Part shown: positions 61,498-64,000 of the stretch, piece after piece
How positions within the stretch are numbered: position 1 is the stretch's first letter
Layout of the letters: each line of letters begins with the position of its first letter
IMG/VR virus record: IMGVR_UViG_3300012344_000018
Location: 32,238 to 96,237 of that record
Origin: a virus
Taxonomy: Duplodnaviria; Caudoviricetes
Reading direction: 5' to 3' (one strand)
DNA length: 64,000 nucleotides
Made by a program: the position numbers and the translations under genes
The notes under the pieces: model-generated
The model's database searches: none
What the model saw: the letters and a program-made list of their open reading frames with translations, nothing else
What the model was told of the DNA's origin: nothing

Positions 61498-62175
61498 CAT
61501 TTCTAATAGTTTACAAACTAAATATACTAATGATAATATTAATGAAACTAAAGATACATATAATAATAAGAATAGAACTCAATTCATAAGTCCTTCTACG
61601 GGGCGGGTAAATAGACATCTAGTACTTCAAGATTCGTCTAGAACTTCTAATGCTTATAATGACAAAGATAGAACTTATATTATCGATGATAAAGGAGATA
61701 TAAATAATATTAGTAAGACTAATAAAGCTGATGGTAAAATAATAACGAAAGATATTATTTTAAATATAAATATAAATAAATTACTGGTGATTATATAACT
61801 AGTAAAGATGATAATGATAGTAATAATAGTAGTAAAAGAGAAGGAGAAAATGATATTGAATATGATTGTGAAGAACTTTATAATAGAGAGAATGTAAATG
61901 ATAATAAAGAAAGTGTTGATAACAATAATTATACTAATAGTTATAAATATAATACAGATTGTAAAGTTGAAGATGATACAAAATAATATTGAATAAAAGA
62001 AATAATGAAGATGAAGATTATAGCATAAAAGATTGTTATGATGAAAATAGCGAAGATAGTGAAGATGATAGTATATGTGTATAGTATATTATATAAATGT
62101 AAGGGGGAGGGTATGTAGTTAGACCCCCACCCGAGAATGGACGTATTGAAGTCCCCCGTACTCAAACTTAAACTT

Positions 62176-62230
62176 TTGACATCAAGAAAGAGACAAATTC
62201 AACAACAAGAAAAGAAACAAGTCTTGGCAT
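62176..62230 (+). repeat. ~24-bp tandem units (TTGACATCAAGAAA...ACAA) upstream of the first plus-strand gene
   Basis: Units at 62176, ~62199 and 62224 (partial); the first 14 bp are identical to 63184. Confidence 0.55.
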
Positions 62231-62288
62231 GGAACGAATCTGTGCTACAGCTTATGCTGTTATTATTCATTTTAATACACAATAGATT

Positions 62289-62840
62289 ATGAAAAGTTTA
62301 AATGCTAAAGTTACAGTTTCTAATGTTAGTTTGTACACAACTGAAGAAGGTCGTCAAATGATTGCTCTCATTATTAATGAGAGTATTCCTGCTCGTCGTC
62401 TTGACAAGAATACTGGTGAACTTGTTGCTTGTTATGCTAATGACATCAAGATGCCATTACGTCAGTTCATGCACATTGTATTTTATGATACTGCGACTAT
62501 GTTTCAGTATTATCTTAATACTGATGGCAGAGAACGTGGTTATTACAAGACAATGTCTCAGACTGAGTATTACAATATTCTTGTTGGTGCTACTCTTTCT
62601 CTTACTATTGAAAAGTATGAAGATGGTGAAGAGTTTGTCAATGAGATTACAGGTGAGACTGATTCTTCTGACGGTGTTACATTTCACACTCGTATTGCTG
62701 ACATTGAACTGTCTAAGTTCGGTGACGACTTTGCCTTTGGTGAGCCAAAAGACATGCTTAAGATGATGCAAATCATTGATGCTGCTAAGAAAGCTCGTCA
62801 TACAAAGTTTGACTTTGCTACTGAGAAAGCTGCTGAGTAA
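62289..62840 (+). CDS. Hypothetical early protein (183 aa)
   Basis: Strongly biased codons; followed by a terminator. Confidence 0.8.
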   Translation: MKSLNAKVTVSNVSLYTTEEGRQMIALIINESIPARRLDKNTGELVACYANDIKMPLRQFMHIVFYDTATMFQYYLNTDGRERGYYKTMSQTEYYNILVGATLSLTIEKYEDGEEFVNEITGETDSSDGVTFHTRIADIELSKFGDDFAFGEPKDMLKMMQIIDAAKKARHTKFDFATEKAAE

Positions 62841-62847
62841 TGAGAAT

Positions 62848-62875
62848 GCGAGAGTGGGAGAAATCCTGCTCTCGC
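62848..62875 (+). terminator. Hairpin/terminator
   Basis: GCGAGAGTGGGA/TCCTGCTCTCGC stem with GAAA loop and a T-rich tail. Confidence 0.65.
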
Positions 62876-62903
62876 TATTGTTTAATCTTTAAATTTTTAA
62901 GTT

Positions 62904-63113
62904 ATGAATAATGAAGTAGCAAAAACTCTTGCAAAAGTTGCAATGAGTATTAAATCTAATGTTGTTAATGTTTGTATTGAAACTACTAATGGTCACATTT
63001 ACAAAAATATTGTAGTAGATGATTTTGACGAAAAAGGTGTTTATTTTAACGATACAAACTATGTTTGTTACGACAAAATTAGCAAGTTTTATTTTAATGC
63101 AGTTTGCGACTAA
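62904..63113 (+). CDS. Small hypothetical early protein (69 aa)
   Basis: ORF with an AT-rich leader. Confidence 0.65.
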   Translation: MNNEVAKTLAKVAMSIKSNVVNVCIETTNGHIYKNIVVDDFDEKGVYFNDTNYVCYDKISKFYFNAVCD

Positions 63114-63115
63114 TT

Positions 63116-63145
63116 AATAAGGTGGAGAACATTCTCCACCTTATT
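63116..63145 (+). terminator. Perfect hairpin/terminator
   Basis: AATAAGGTGGAGAA/TTCTCCACCTTATT. Confidence 0.7.
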
Positions 63146-63159
63146 TACCTATCTTACAT

Positions 63160-63232
63160 TTGACAACATTAAACAAACAAGAGTTGACATCAAGAAACAT
63201 ACAAGACTTGACAACAAATAAAAAAACAAGAA
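63160..63232 (+). repeat. Three tandem 24-bp units TTGACAwCA...ACAAGA
   Basis: Units start at 63160, 63184 and 63208. Confidence 0.75.
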
Positions 63233-63352
63233 GCGGTAGAAGAAAGTTAGAATGCTTATAAGACTTATAAGACTTATGTTTCTTCTGCTATTCCTGATAT
63301 TGGACGAGGAATTGAAATAAATGTTCATGTAACTAATAAATAAGGAGAACTT

Positions 63353-63655
63353 ATGAAAGCTAAAATTCTAAAAGTAGTGTTTATTAATAATGGTACTTAT
63401 GATATATGTCATATTACTATTGATAAAACTTTAGATAAGACTGATACTAAAGGTAATCATTTTAATGACAATACTATAAACATTAGTGAATATACAGCAC
63501 ATTATTTTGGTATTAATGAATATGCTGTAGGTCTAAGTATAGACTTTGATATTATTCAACATAAAGCTGGAGAACATATAAGTACTGAATGTAATGATGA
63601 TTATGTTTTCAAGAATAATTGTGTTGAATATAGAGTTAATAAAGTAACTATATAA
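63353..63655 (+). CDS. Hypothetical early protein (100 aa)
   Basis: TAAGGAG upstream of the ATG. Confidence 0.7.
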   Translation: MKAKILKVVFINNGTYDICHITIDKTLDKTDTKGNHFNDNTINISEYTAHYFGINEYAVGLSIDFDIIQHKAGEHISTECNDDYVFKNNCVEYRVNKVTI

Positions 63656-63664
63656 GGAGGACTT

Positions 63665-63892
63665 ATGAATAATAGTTTAATTGTTGCTATACTTATGGCT
63701 TGTAAAGCTAGTAATGACAAAGATGTTCTAGCTATTAGAACTAAAGAAGATGGAGTTTATAATAGTTTCAATATTACAGATGTTGGAACTGAATCTGTTA
63801 AAATAATAAATAAACGTGGTTATCCAGTTGAAGATGTTATTGAGTATTGTGATATAACTGGTATTCAAATTAGTGATAATGAAATGAATTAA
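63665..63892 (+). CDS. Hypothetical early protein (75 aa)
   Basis: TAAGGAGG upstream; N-terminus (MNN..V) and length resemble 62904-63113. Confidence 0.65.
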   Translation: MNNSLIVAILMACKASNDKDVLAIRTKEDGVYNSFNITDVGTESVKIINKRGYPVEDVIEYCDITGIQISDNEMN

Positions 63893-64000
63893 CGTGTTGG
63901 TGAGTGAGAAAATGTAGATGAAAGTGTTGCTGGGACTATCCCTCCTACTACTCTTTTATCTACTCTTTCTACTCATCATTCTATTCACATTACTTATTAT

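Larger units (their letters stand above)
5866..61606. repeat. Dispersed 11-mer CTACGGGGGGG (extended consensus YTTCTACGGGGGGGTT)
   Basis: Exact plus copies at 5866, 13845, 23910, 33367 and 44693. Exact minus copies at 9388, 16198, 26088, 33873, 51175, 56870 and 60269. One-mismatch copies at 40241, 40271, 45634 and 61596. Confidence 0.92.

Noticed and set aside
60989-62165. Minus-strand ORFs 60989-61192 and 61941-62165
   Set aside because: Low-complexity antisense translations of the ncRNA candidate and the purine-rich tract, with no supporting signals
63160-63232. Possible mini-CRISPR array
   Set aside because: Units are contiguous degenerate 24-mers without unique spacers. The PD-(D/E)XK nuclease is a stand-alone phage gene and there is no cas operon.
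1-64000. Stop-codon reassignment, known in some crAss-like phages
   Set aside because: Very long ORFs are intact under the standard code, TAG is used as a real stop (e.g. 12634, 50095) and I saw no suppressor tRNA

Overview
This is about 64 kb of a very AT-rich crAss-like phage genome (Crassvirales, probably a Bacteroidota host) read with the standard genetic code. Almost everything from 1 to 60.9 kb is on the minus strand. In transcription order it encodes small conserved genes, a PD-(D/E)XK nuclease, lysis genes, terminase, portal, scaffold, major capsid, ring/hub proteins and an accessory region. The accessory region holds a DnaA-domain-IV-like HTH gene, a 5-gene cassette with its own promoter, fibre genes and a diversity-generating retroelement (target gene VR 36013-36114, TR 35661-35762, RT). 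It is followed by tail ring/muzzle genes and the ejected cargo proteins, ending in a >4,180-aa virion RNA polymerase (DFDID motif) that runs off the window and is missing from the ORF track. Small plus-strand genes start after a non-coding strand-switch region (60.9-62.3 kb). The main unexplained signals are: (1) a GC-rich 11-mer CTACGGGGGGG in 12 exact and 4 single-mismatch copies, in both orientations and five reading frames; (2) a candidate ~400-nt structured ncRNA at 61055-61457 with its own promoter, closing stem and terminator; (3) a DGR with no avd gene, strong A-to-G bias and an atypical RT motif; (4) a frameshifted modular cargo protein with an ART-like module; (5) 24-bp tandem units upstream of the plus-strand genes. 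Gene-family calls come from motifs and synteny recalled from crAss-like phages, not from database searches.
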